From contig OY253671.1 of the NCBI GenBank assembly GCA_958009085.1, positions 1,116,001 through 1,180,000 on the forward strand: DNA of 64,000 bases, in the 5' to 3' direction. The notes below the pieces were generated by a model. It ran no database searches. It had not been told where the DNA came from and was given only the letters and a program-made list of their open reading frames with translations. Position 1 is the stretch's first letter. Every line of letters starts with the position of its first letter. Below are positions 1-12,862 of the stretch, one piece after another. Made by a program: the position numbers and the translations under genes. The stretch is from Protoeuglena noctilucae. Lineage: Eukaryota.

Positions 1-2592
1 AGGAGACGTACGTGTCGTCCAGCTGCAGGGGAACTGCGGACCGCTTCAGGAGGTACGGGTCGAAGGGGAAAAAGGTCTCCAGAGGGCGGCCGGCGGAGGG
101 CCGCGCCACGATCGCCACGGCCGCGTGACGCGAGAGGTCCAAGAGACGGTGGACGGCGGCCACGCGGGCGAACTCCCGGGCCACCGTGGGGAGGCAATGC
201 GTCAGGGGGTCGAGCGGGGACGCCAGGACCCCGGCCAAGGGCCCTTGGACGAGGCGCGACGCAGCGGCGGCGGCGGCGCCTCGATCCGCATCCGGCGAGC
301 TTGCGACGTGGCCGGCGGCCGACAGCAGCGGCTCGAGGTGGTAACACTGCGTTGCATGGAGGAGGCTGGCGGTGTCACGCTCGGCTCGAGACGCCGTATG
401 ACACGGCCCTGAGCAACGAGGCATCCGCTCACCAAGACGTATAGCACGGCCTGCACTGCGGCGTGGAGGACCCCGTGCGCGGTGCTCTCGGCCACGCCGG
501 CGTCGCTGGGGTGGTCGCCATAGACGGCGGCGTGGGGCCTCAGCTGCGCGTGCCTAGCGACGGGCGCAGCAGCCGCAACCTGGTCTGTGTACGCCTGGCA
601 CCACTGCGGGAGACGACCGGGGTGAGGCGTGTGACTGACGCAGGCACAACTCTCCCTCCCCATCGAGCCTGCCGGGCCTGGCCTGCCGTGCCGTATGCCA
701 GCCCTGCCCCACCTGCACCACGGCCTCCAGGGCGCGCACGGCCACCGTCTCCGTGACGAACGCTGCGCGTGCCAGGAAGGACGCAAGGTACGCGGCGCAC
801 GCGCACCGCATGACCTGGGGCCGCGCGCTGTCAGCAATCCCCTGCACCAGGGCTTCCACGAAGCGCGACGTCCACGACGCCGGGCCCCGGGCCAGCGCGT
901 GGAACAGCAGGAACTGCGTGAACTTGCTCCGGTGCGTGGGCAGCAGGGCCTCGCAGAAGCACAGCCAGACGTCCGCGTACACCTGCTCCGCCTCTCGCGT
1001 CTCTTTCCTACCCGACGTGGACGCCGCGGCCGTCGCCATCCTCCGATCCAGGTGGGACTGCGCAGCGCACGCGACAGCGAGGCAATCTACAGCCGCGCCA
1101 AGGGCACCTGCGGCATTTGTGCGGTCCACCCTTTAGCTCTAGGATGCTCAGGTTCGATCCTCACCAGGGCCTGCTCCATCAGCGAGTCCATCTTCTCCGC
1201 CGTCTCGTCCACCACGGCCTCCCGGGGTCGCTCCTGCGCCGGGCCCCGCAGCGCGGATGCCGCGCCCTCCCAGCCCCCCTTGGCCGCCTCTGCCGCCCGC
1301 TGCTGCTCCCCAGCGATCTGGAGCTCCGTCATCCCCTCCAGCTCGAAGATGTCCGCCTCCTCGCGTTCCCCTGCGCGATGGAACGGCGCGGCGGCAGTCG
1401 AACAGCAGTTGAGTCACACTCACACGTCGCCCTGCTCGCACCCCGCCATGCGCCTGCACCTGCCACCTCCTCCCGCACCCCCACGTTCGCGCTGTCGACG
1501 ATGTCCTCCCACTTGAGCTCGACGTCCACCGCCAGCAAGTGGTCCACCACGCCCTGAGGGTCAGCGACGGCCGCGGCACCGTCCGGCTCAGGTCGGTCCT
1601 CGCGCGCAGCGGCCCGGCACAGCCCCGCCCGCCCGCACCTTCAGAATGACCCCCGCGCAGGACTTCCCCGCAGGGTCCTCGGCGAAGGCGAGCGCCGCGC
1701 GCAGGTGGAGGCACTGGGCGTCCCGGTCCGACAGACGCCCTGGGGTGGCGTCCACGAGCAGACGTGCGACGTGCTCGGCGGACGACGGGGCCCGCGCGAC
1801 CACGTGGTGCAGGCACGCGAGGACCTGGTCCTGGATCTCGAGCGCCTCCGGGGGCGGAGACCAGGGCCCGGAGTGGTCCGAGAGATTGAGGGGCGCGTCG
1901 CGTGCCGGGAGGACCCACTCGACCAACTTGGCGAGGCAGTGGGGCAGAATCTGGCCGCTGGCGAGGGCCATGTGCGCGACGAGGGAGAGGAGCGCGGCGC
2001 GGAGGCCCGGCGGGCAGCCCCAGGGCCTCAGGGCGAGGACCTTGGCGACCAACGAGTCGTGGGCCTTGGGCCGGAGGAGCGACACGCAGCGCTCCACGGC
2101 CAGCAGCAGGCTCGCCAGGCCGCGCTCCTCCTCGACGTCGTCCACGCGGTCCGCCAGCGCGGCGACGCAATCGTCGATGTTCTGCAGCAGCTGGGTGTAG
2201 TGCCCGGACTGGCTGCCGCGCGCCGCACGCTCCTCCACCGCCCGCGCGACGAAGTTGTCCAGGAGCGCTTGCGTGTCCGTGCCATCTGTGCGAGGGCAGA
2301 GGAACTCTGGAGTGAGGAGGACGCCGCCGCGACCATCGCCCTCGCCCTAACCTAACTCCGCCCGCCGCCGCAGGCATTATGGCCTATTCGGTAGCTCTGG
2401 CGCCTGAGATGTGTACAAAGGACGCAGCAGCAAAACGGGCGGCGGCCTCGGCGACCCAGCGCGGCGCAGGGTGCGCGGCGACCTGCACGCTCCGCAGCGC
2501 GAGCAGGGAGCCGCGCCAGCCTCACCGACGCCGCTGTCGGCTCGCGAGCGACTTTTCGACGAGCTCCTCTTCGAAGGTTTCGGAGTCTTCAT
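1..2592 (-). CDS. RRN3: RNA polymerase I transcription initiation factor RRN3/TIF-IA (multi-exon, 3' end runs off window)
   Basis: Minus-strand exons encode LLPTHRSKFTQFLLF, ACAAYLASFLARA, VDHLLAVDVELKWEDI and, at 1-85, PLETFFPFDPYLLKRS, all typical RRN3 motifs. Start ATG at 2592 is tentative. Confidence 0.9.
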
Positions 2593-3133
2593 CTTGACAA
2601 CGCCAGGCGGCGGCGGGGAGCCCCGCAACGAGGACAGGACGCCCGGGGCGTCGCCGATGCCGAGGAAAGCAACGCCGGAGCGTCCGTTACTGAAGAATCC
2701 ACTCGGAAAGTCAGAGAGATGCTGCCGAGCCGCGAATGTGGAAAACTTGGGCCGACCTCCGCCTGCACGCCGCGCCGATCCTGAGCGGATGCGCGGCGGC
2801 CTAGTTCAGCGAATTAAGGGTCGCGAGGAAGGCCGCGCCGCCGCAATGTCTCAGTCCCTTTTTGCCACTGGCGCCCGGCCCTGGTGCCAGCGACATGCTC
2901 TCGCGGCCAAACAGCTGAGAGAACCTTCTCATTGCACTGCATATTTAGAAGCGAAAGTCGTAACGTGAGTGACTACGAAAGGGCGCTGAGGGAGCGCGTG
3001 TGCTTGAACAGGTGATGCGCCAAAAAGAGACGCCCTCGCCTCCCTCGGGACGACGTTTGCATGCATATGAACCGTGCTGGCTTCTGAGATAGCCAAAGCG
3101 CCCACCCTCCCTTGCAGGCGGGACCTGGACAGG

Positions 3134-6040
3134 ATGGCGCCCACGGCCGCCCAGGTGCGGCTCTACAGGCTATCCAATCAGGTCGCGCCCGGAGGATGCA
3201 GCGTGAATGAGACCTCTGAAGACGGCAGTGATGAGTGCGGGTGCGTTCAGGGCGCGGCGGCGGGGTATTTTGGGGCGGTCAGCGGTCCAGCTGGGCGGGT
3301 CCCGGGACGCTCGCGGTGGACGCGTCTTTGCGCGCCTCGGGGCGATTGCACAGCTGCATCGAGCGATGAATCGAGCGAGGAGAGCGCGCGGTGACCCGGC
3401 TGCTGCGTCGTTCCGCAACCGCAGCCTCTGCATCCAGCCGACCAAGGCCACGGAGCGGCCCGCGCCGGGGGGCGGTCCCGGCCGACTGATAGTGACGGAC
3501 GAGCGTACGGGGAAGAAGTACACGCTGGAGGTCAGCGAGGGCGGAAACATCAAGGGGAACGACCTGGCGCAGGTGCGTCGTCTCAAACGGCTACTGTTGG
3601 ACCTCGCGCTGCCCCCACGGGCTCTCTCGCACCGGAGTCGTCGCTTCCTTGCTGAGATTGGATTGGTAGGAAACTTCATGCGGCACGCGCGCCTTCTCGG
3701 AATGGTCCAAACCGCACCTTGCGCTCGCAGATCAAGGCGGGCGGGGATGGGAACCCTTTGCGGCTCTACGACCCGGGCTACATGAACACGGTCCCCTGCA
3801 TCTCTCGGATATGCTACATCGACGGCGGGAATGGCATCCTGCGTTACCGCGGCATCCCCATCCAGGAGGTGGCCGAGGTGACTTAGCAACGCATCGCGGC
3901 CATGCCATAGCGGTTTCAGCCACCACTCGCTGTCAGCGCAGCGCATGGACCCCGTCATTGCTCGCAGAGGAGCTCGTTCGTGGAGACGGCGTTCCTCCTG
4001 CTCTACGGCCGCCTCCCCGTGGCCTCGGAGCTCCGGGAGTTCAACGAGGGCATCATGCGCAACTCCCACGTGCCCCAGGCGAGCGCAGAGCTGAGCTGAG
4101 GAAATTCCTTCCGTAAGCCGGTGAAGCGGGTCGGTGCAGCATGGGCCGGCGCAGGGGTGCGGCTGAGGTGGGGGGCGCACCTGCCGTGACGCGCAGGGCG
4201 TGATTGATGCTATCGCGGCCCTGCCGCACGACACGCACCCCATGACGGTGCTCATGACGGGCATGGCGACCCTCGGCGCGTACCACCCGGACGCCAACCC
4301 CGCGCTCGCCGGCGGCGGCGTGTACGACGACCCTAGCGTCCGGTCTGAGATGGTGCTGCGCGTCCTGGGTGCCGCGCCGACGCTGGCGGCCATCGCCTAT
4401 CACAAGCGCAACGGCTCAATGGCCACGCCGCCGAACGAGACCCTCGGTGGGACCCTCGCTTGCCACGCTCGGACCCTGCGCCCGCTGCCCCGCACCGCCG
4501 GCACTCTGAAGCCCGCCTGGCCCGCGCGCAGGGTACGCGGAGAACTTCCTCTACATGCTGGACGCCCAGGGTAACACCCAGTACCGGCCGAACACCCAGC
4601 TCGCCCGCGCCATCGACATCATGTTCATCCTGCACGCCGAGCACGAGCTCAACTGCTCCACGTCCGCCATGCGCCACCTGACCTCCAGCGGCGTCGACGT
4701 CTTCTCCTCCGTTGCCGGTGAGAGCGGCGCGCGGGCACGGGCTGGCGCTGGGTTGGCGCGATGGGATGCCCATTGCTCAGCATGACGCGTCTGGTTGATC
4801 GCAGGGGCCCTCGGCGCCCTCTACGGCCCACTCCACGGCGGCGCCAACGAAGCCGTGCTCAAGATGCTCCACCGCATCGGCAGCCTCGACAACATCCCGG
4901 CCTTCATCGAGCGCGTCAAGGCACGCGAGGCGAGTCGTGCGTGCATGGCAGCCTATGCCTGCCAAGGGATGGTCACGGTGGCTGGATCAATGGCTGGGCA
5001 ACACGGCACGGCTGCGCCTGGCCCCTTTGGTAAGTCTGCCTCTCGACATGGCTTGGGATCGGACCGTCATTGGCCTGGCCCACTCTGCGTGCAGGAGATC
5101 ATGTTCGGCTTCGGTCACCGCGTGTACAAGAACTACGACCCGCGCGCCAAGATCATCCGCACCGTCGCCGACCAGGCGAGAGCCGCGTCAGCTTCCATAG
5201 CACCAACTCCAACAACACCGCTGGCGCCCCTATGGCCCCACCCACACGCCCGCCCGCACGCGCCCTGCCACGACCCTTACTGACTACCCCCCCAGGTGTT
5301 CGCCATCGCCGGGCACGACCCGCTCATCCAGGTCGCCGAGCGGCTGGAGCAGATCGCCCGCAGCGACTCGTTCTTCGTGGAGCGCAAACTCTACCCCAAC
5401 GTCGACTTCTACTCCGGGCTGGTCTACCGGGCCATGGGGTTCCCGCCCGAGTTCTTCACCGTGCTCTTCGCGGTGCCGCGGTGCTCGGGGTGGATGTCCC
5501 ACTGGTGAGATAGCCGGATCAAGGAAGCTGCCAGCAGGGCGACTGCAGCCCAACTGCAGCTGGGGACAGTGGCGTGGTTGGGCTGCTCTGCCCGACTACC
5601 GATCGTCACGGTTTCACTCCATGGATCTGACTGGCTCTTGGCAGTGACTCATACTAAGATCTCCGTTCCCATCTAACCACCTGCAGGATCGAGGCGCTGG
5701 ACGACAAGGACGCCAAGATCATGCGGCCGCAGCAGGACTACCGCGGGCCCTGGCTGGAGAGCTACGTGCCCATGGAGCAGCGCCCGGCGCCCGCCGCCAA
5801 GGTGACTCGAATGCGGGCATGCATGCGCATCTGTAAGCGCTTGCATGCACTAGTGGGGGCCGCCTGAAGATGATGTAACTTCACAAAAGCAGTCCCACGA
5901 GCTGCATGGCGTTGCCCCCCTCGCTCGCTGTCGGGACGGCCTAGCTATTGCGTGTTGTGTGCTGTGGCGCGCAGGTCGCATTCGGCACACCCCCGAGCAA
6001 GGAGCACCTGAGGAAGGCCGCGGGCCTGAACTGGATCTGA
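3134..6040 (+). CDS. Citrate synthase, peroxisomal/glyoxysomal type (multi-exon)
   Basis: Motifs [54 protein letters not shown] and [12 protein letters not shown]-terminal PTS2-like RLYRLSNQV. Last exon ends AAGLNWI* at 6040. Confidence 0.95.
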
Positions 6041-6147
6041 AGAGCCGCGCCGGCGGTCAGGTCAAGCCGCGGAATGCTCTGTTGGCGGCTGGGAGCCTCA
6101 GTATCGCAACACGTCACAGATGAATGGGGGCACGCTGCTGCCTGCTC

Positions 6148-6152
6148 TGTAA
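6148..6152 (+). promoter_or_regulatory. Candidate chlorophyte-type polyadenylation signal TGTAA
   Basis: TGTAA about 110 nt downstream of the citrate synthase stop. A pentamer can occur by chance. Confidence 0.4.
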
Positions 6153-6268
6153 AAGATGCTTCAAGAGAGATGCTGTGCCACGCCCAGCGATGGATGATGT
6201 TCATGGTGAACGAAACAGCTGTCAGCGCTCTCGGCCTCGTGTGACCCACCCTGTCTACCACATGCCGG

Positions 6269-9200
6269 TCAGGCTCCGGTGGGTGCCTCTGCCCCGCTAG
6301 GACCCCCAGCGACCTGAGCCGCGCGGGCCCGGAAGAAGCCCCCGATCTCCATGAGCGCGTGCCCGAAAGAGGGCGCCCGCCGGAAGCTCGGCTGCATCCA
6401 CCGAGACAGCCCCGCCAAAGCGCCCCGGAACCTCAATGCGCCTCCCGCAGGTGTCGCCTCCGGGCCTCGAGCGGCCCCCGACTTGGCCGCTGGCGCCGCG
6501 TTCGACGCGTTCGTGGACTCGCGCAGCGCACCCCTAGGCGCTGGGCCTTGTGCAGAGGGCGCGGTTGGGTCATCGACCAGCGCCGCCACGTACCGACAGT
6601 CCAGGAGGACCACAGCGGCGAAGTCCTCGCGGTGGCGGATGACTCGCCCGATGGACTGGTTCAGCGCGCGGATGCAGAGGCTGTCCAGGTACTGCCGGCC
6701 CGCGAACCTCGGCGGTGGCGCCCCCGCACCCTGCGTACGACCACGACTCTCAGGTGTTGATGGGAGCGAGGCGGCCGAGAAGCCACGGGCAATCACGTCG
6801 GTGGATGCGTGGCCAGCATGACCCACAAGGACGGCAGCAGACGTGTCGAGACATGCTCCAGTCGGGCTTGCGCAGTCACCTGGGCGTCGACAGTGCCGGC
6901 ACCCTCGCCGCCTGGCTTCCTTGCGTCGCCGCCCGCGGCTGTGTCGAGGAATGCCATCCGCTCCACGAGCTCCGGGTCGTCTGGGTTCGGGTAGGGCAGC
7001 CCCAGGACCACCACGCAACGACCCAGGCGGTTGGCAAAGTTGATGCCCTCCGACAGCTTCCCACCCACGACTGCGGGGCAAAGCACCGAACGCAAGTGTC
7101 TGGCGACCATTAACTCGCTAGCTGTGCCTGGTGCCTAGCACAGGCAGTTGGGTGAGTAAAACCACCCCAGGGTCTAGCTCCACAGTTGACTCACCGGACA
7201 TGAGGACGGCGGCCCCCGAGGACTCCACCGCGCCTGCGAACTGCGCCAGCGCGGCCTCGACTTCCCGGGAGGCCCTTGGCTCCCAGAAGACCCCGCCCCG
7301 GGACGCCTCCGTCATGCGCTGCAGCTGCCCCGAGGCGGCCCACACTGTGCGGGCCTGGTCGAGGAAGGCGAAGGACGGGAAGAAGACCACCGTGCCGCCG
7401 GGGACCACTGGGGGCCAGGAGACGCGGGCAGGGTCTGAACAGCGAGGTCGGGACCAGGCCGCAGAGCATCTGGTATGCGGTGATGCTGGGCGCGTCTTGT
7501 GCAAACGCCCCCACGCGGTGCCTCACCGCGCGAGAGGTTGCAAATGATGCGGCCCGTCTCTGCGAGGAGGTCCGGGCTGCCCCGCGCTTTGGCCCGGTAG
7601 TCCAGGCGCACGCCGGTGGGCCCGGCACCCACGCTGCGTGCAGGGCGGCTGATGGCACGTCACAAGTGGCATCAGAGGGCCTCTGAGCGTGCAGCATGGG
7701 GCGGATCGATACATGACGACTGGCTCGCGACGGGCCGTGCTAAATGTGGGCGCGACAAGTGGGGTGTCGGTGTACATGACGCTCACCACAGGCCAAGGAG
7801 GTGGTCGTCTGGGACCACATGCCCGCAGGAGTGGGCAGCAATACGCGAGGGGCCCATGTCGGGCATGAGCTGCCGCTTCAGTGCCTCGAACGGCGACAGG
7901 GTCCCACTGGCGAACACAACCGCCCGGGCCTGCTGCAAGATGTTGCCAAACACGGCGGCGGCGTTCAGTAGCACGAAGCGAAGCGCCGAGCACACGCGAG
8001 GCCTCCCGGGGTCCTGCAGACAGGTAGGCTGAGGGCATTTGCACCGGCGCTGACGGCCCAGTGACCACCGCGGACATGTGTCGGTGGGTAGCATCGTTGA
8101 CCCAGGGTTCTTATGCACCTGGATGGGGAGGACCCTGCCGTCTTTGCTCGGAGCAGAGAGCGCTGCCACGAAGTCCGTCAGGGCCTGGAGGGCAGCGAGT
8201 GCCAGTGCCTTGTCCTGAGCCCGCGAGGTGGATCGGCCCACCTCCGCACGGCCTCCCACGCTCGACCCATCCCCAGACTCGGCGGGCTGCTGGAGGCGCT
8301 GGAGGCGAATGCGAACGCCCAATAGAGGCCCCCACCTCCCCATGCGGCGCTCTCGGACACCATAATCCTGCTCACCTGCCGCTCTACGTACGTCGACACC
8401 TTGAACAGCACCTTGCTGTCGGAGACAAACCGGGCTAGGCGCAGGAAGTTGATCCCGTCGATGCCGGCACCGAACAGCAGCTCGCTAATGCTGAGGGCGC
8501 TGCGGGGCGCTGTCAGGCCGGCCATGTACGCATGGAGTGCGTCCGCCGCTCGCACGAGCAGGGACAGCTGGAGCCGGTTCCCCGGGGATAGGCGCGGGCC
8601 GAAGCGCTCCAGGTACCGCGCCAGGCACCCGGAGGCCCGCTGGCATTGGTCGGCCGTGACCTCGGCGCAGTGTGCGGCGTGCACGGCGTCTGCGACGTTG
8701 TGCGCCTCGTCAAAGACGACCACGCTGCCTGCCAGGCGCACCCCGAGCGCCTCCCGCGTCCGTGCAGAGAGCACCGCGGCGTAGGGCACCGCCACCACGT
8801 CCGCGTGCCGCGCTGCCGCCCGCGCCGCGTAGTAGGGGCACTGCTTGGCATCGCGCCCCACCGCCACCAGCTCCTCCACGTCCATCGGCCGGGCCAGCAC
8901 CGAGTCCCGCGCTTGTGCAAGACCCGACACATCGCGGCGCTGGTAGAAAGGGCAGCCCCCGGAGGTCGACGCCGCCCCGCCAGGCGCCCCGGGTCCCGCA
9001 GCGCGTTTGCGGCCGGCGGCGTGCTGCAGGTCCAGGCAGGCGTCGTTGATGCGAGCCGCCGTCCGCTGAGCCAGCACGCGGTCGTTGATGCACAGCGTGC
9101 GGCGGGACCCCAGGGGAGCCACTGCGGAGCGCAGGGGAGGTGGGATGGCGGACAAGCAAGCCTGCCATGCTTTCCAGTCCGGCGCGGCTCAGGCGCCATG

Positions 9201-10398
9201 GCACAATGGCGCACGGACAGGGGACGCACCCGAGACCCTGTCGGCGAACTCTGTGCGCCTGAGCTCCGCCACGAACTGGCTGAGCTGGGAGTGGGTGCGG
9301 CTGCAGAAGACCACCTGCGCATCGCCTGGGTCAGGCAGGGCATCCCTGCGGGCGACGCCGAGTCGATTGTTATCATGTCCAGCGGGCTGCATTGAAGATG
9401 ACCGCCTGCACATCACGAGAGCTCACGCAGCGAGCGATTGCCACGCCCGTTCCATCGCACCCGAACTCATCCACGAGACCCTCCCCGTCATCAGACGACC
9501 CAGAGTCATCCACTCCGTGACCCTGCTGCTTCCAGGTCCTGCGCCGGCGCCTGCCTCCGGCGCAGCCGGGTCCCTGCAGTGACAACGGGAATGCAGTGGC
9601 TCACGTTGCCCACGCAGACCGCCGCTGATCGCCTCCAAGCGAGCGCTTTGACCGACGCACCTCTCCTCCTTCGCTGTCCCATCCATCGTCGAGGACGAGG
9701 TCCTCGTCAGGGTCGGAAGCTGGTGCAGGGGCCGCGCCGCTCTCCGGCCCAGGCGCCCCGCCACTGCCCCCGCCAAACATCCCGCGCGCTTTCCTGGCCG
9801 CCATCTGTTGCTTGGCAAGCACTTCCTCCACGCGCTCTTTCAGCCGCCGGGCGCGCTCGGCGCGCCGCTCCCTCGCTCGCAGGGCCTCAGTCGCGCACTG
9901 GCTGGCGTGTTGCTCCGACATCCACGCGGGGAGGGGCGGGGACCCCGGGCCGCTGGCACCCGCGGGAGGCTCAGCCAGCAAGGATCCCATGCCGCGCGCG
10001 GCGCGCTCCCGATGGTCCTCGAGCCAGTGCAGCACCGCGCAAATGAGGGTCAGCGTCTTGCCGGTGCCCGTCGGGGACTCGAACAGGCCCACGCCACCTC
10101 TGTCTGCGTCGACGCGAGGCCAAGGGAGAAACGATGGCACTCGCTTGAGTCGTGGGCGCGCTAGGACTCCAGATAGGCCAGCGCGGGGGGCATCTTTCTT
10201 GTCCGTAACGCAGCGCTCGCTGCGCCGGGATTGTGGAGTTTCTCGCGCGCACTCACCCAAGACAGACCATATTTGTTCCATTAGTTCTTGCTGGATGGCG
10301 TAAGGCGTGTAGGGAAATGCGGGGAAGGACTTCCGGGGCCCAGAGTGGGGGTGCTCCCCAACTGTCCGGTCACTGCGAGGGGTGCACAGAGAGACCAT
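6269..10398 (-). CDS. DDX11: DDX11/ChlR1 (Chl1) Fe-S DEAH DNA helicase (multi-exon)
   Basis: [32 protein letters not shown], Fe-S cysteines (LCIN, NDACLDL, GCPFY, CPYY), [36 protein letters not shown] and [15 protein letters not shown]. Confidence 0.93.
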
Positions 10399-11094
10399 CT
10401 GACGGACCCTGCAGAACAAACGTGGAAGCAAGAACCCGATGCGTGACGCTCGCGGCCGCAGCGGTGCCAGGACCGCCGAAGAGCATGGGCGACAGCTGCG
10501 TGTGCAGATTGAAATTCCATCCGCCCTGAGAGCGCAGGCACTCACTCCTCTGCTCCCCCGCCACCGCCAGACATGCCGCGTCACAAGCGCGCAGCCCAGG
10601 CGGCCCGCTCCCTTGCTTGTGTTAGCGACAGAGCGTAATCTCAGTCGGAGCCTGGGAATGTACGAATGGGGCCAAACAGGCAGCTGTTAACATGCATGCA
10701 GTGCTTGTTGATACATGCAGCACTGCATCAAGTTTCAATTCGGCGACCCCTGCGTCAACCCCGTGGCTGACGCAGGAACACGGCACTCTTGCCGTCACCT
10801 GGAGCCGCCGTCTTGCCACCGCATCGACAGCCCAGCTGTCACTAGTCTGTCACTTCGCTTGGTAAGTCTCTAGAGAGGCGTTCGCGAGGATCGTACTTCG
10901 CCGTCCGGGGTGACGTGTGTGCAGGGGCCAAACGGGCTGGCCTGCCCGCGGCAAAGGGAGAGGACGCAGACATGGGCTTGTTGGCTGCGCCTATCGAACC
11001 AGAGTCGCCCATCGAGTGAGTTCTGCGCTGGAGGGCCCCTGCCTGGAGTTTTGCAGCGCAGTGTTGTGGAGCGCGCGCGAGCGGAGCACGCTTC

Positions 11095-11991
11095 ATGGTC
11101 GGTGTGGACGGGTATCGACAGAGAGATAGGGGAAAGTGGCCACGTCGCGCGCGCGAGGGTCTCACGCCATCGTGCTCCTCCCGCACGCAACAACACAGCG
11201 CTGCTCCTCGCAGGCCGCGGGTCAACGGGGCAGGTCGCATCTGCAAGCCGGGCGTGACCGGCAAGTTCTACTGTGGGGGACCGCTGGGGGTGCCATGTAG
11301 CTGCTGCAACGGGTACTGCGGCCCAACCGATGGCTGCTCGTGCGTCTTCTGTATGCGCGAGGACATCCGCGTTCGACATCTCCGTGAGGGGTTCTTGGTG
11401 AACAAGGAGGGTCGCACGTGCGGGGTTTCAAAGGCGACGGGGCGGCTGTACTGGTGAGGAGCGCGGGGGGCGCGGGGGGGGGCGGGGTGGGGGGACATGC
11501 AAGCCCCAGGCGCATCGCCTGCCGGGGCTCACGGCGCTTTGATTCGCGCGCCCATGCCCGCAGCGGAGCTAAGTTTGCGCGGCGGCGGACTGCGTCGGCG
11601 GAGGGGATGTACTGCCGGCCTGAGCCCACCGCCCAGTGCTTGGCGTGCGAGGTGCTGGAGAGGCAGCTGGCGCAGCGTGGGGGCCGCTACGAGTCCATCG
11701 TGCGGGAGTGGGCGACATACACCATCAGGTGTGTGGCACTGGCTGGCGCAGCTGCCTGGAGGGGTTGTGGCGTGATGGCGACCTCTCAGGTTCTGTCTTT
11801 CCATGCCCCGCAGGACACGGTCCGGAGAGGACGAGCCCCGGGGTGGGGCCGGCGGGCGTGGGACGGGGCGGCCTCCGGAGTGGAATCTGGCCCGTCGCTT
11901 GGTGGGCCGGTTCCCCCCCGACAGTCTCACGTTTGACGACGGCGAGGACATCTCCGATACTTCCGAGGGGTTTGATGCATTCCGGCACTGA
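11095..11991 (+). CDS. Small cysteine-rich hypothetical protein with two tandem Cys repeats (4 exons)
   Basis: In-phase GT-AG splicing gives MVGVDGPRVNGAGRICKPGVTGKFYCGGPLGVPCSCCNGYCGPTDGCSCVFCM...LVNKEGRTCGVSKATGRLYCGAKF...YCRPEPTAQCLACE...FDAFRH*. Confidence 0.7.
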
Positions 11992-12058
11992 GGGCCTCGC
12001 ACCCCTGCGTCGGGTCTGCTTGCTTGGGTAATGGGACTTAAAGCTGGCAATGGACGCG

Positions 12059-12650
12059 CTACCAACGGCTGCGGCCCGACAGACGGTATTCTAGGGGCGA
12101 GAGGCTCCTAGCCTTGAAGGGGAGAAGGATGTGCTGGGGAGGGAAGAGCATCATGACGGCCCCCAAGCGATGCGACACCTCCAGGTTGTCCGGGCGTGCG
12201 GGCTGCGTCCGTGACCGCGGCACCTGCGTAAGCGTAAGCATGGATATGCTCCTTTTGTCTTCGAAGCCTCACCCTCGTCCCCCCGCCGGCGCAAGGGCGA
12301 CGTCGCTCCTCACCAGCTTGGAAACGAGCTGCATCCCCCCCAAGGCGTCGGCCTTGACGCTGCCCATCTGGCAGGCGCGAACAAAGTACATCAACCCATC
12401 CTTCCTGAGGACCTGCGTGGCCCGAGAAGAGGCGTCGCGCTTGCACTGCCTCCGAGCGCTGGCGGAGGCGAAGCCATCCGCCGTCTCGAGCGCACACTGG
12501 ACGCGCGCGGCCCTTACCTTCGCCACGTATGCATTTGGCACGCCTGTGCTCATGACAGGGCCGGCACGGCGGGGCGGTCTCTAGGAAGGGCTGCCTGGCC
12601 CCCGCCGCGGAGTAGTGAGGTGCAACGATGTAGGCGCGAGCGACCCGTGA
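12059..12650 (-). CDS. Possible small spliced hypothetical protein
   Basis: Two canonical minus-strand intron candidates (GTAAGG near 12517, GTGAGG near 12272) join open frames. No recognisable motif and the start is not resolved. Confidence 0.25.
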
Positions 12651-12862
12651 CCTGTGACGCGCTTCGGATCCGGGTCGACCAGAGGGAACCCATCTGCGGG
12701 CCGGGCGGCACAGCCACAGCTTTCTCAGCCACTGCAGCACCAGCTGGGGAAGACCCTGACAGAGCAGCGGTGTCGCGACGTCCGGCCCGCCTTTCCGCCC
12801 GTCGCCCCGGCCACGCTCGCCCTCTTTGGATTGATCGTGCGTGCGGTGAAGGGGGCACGATC

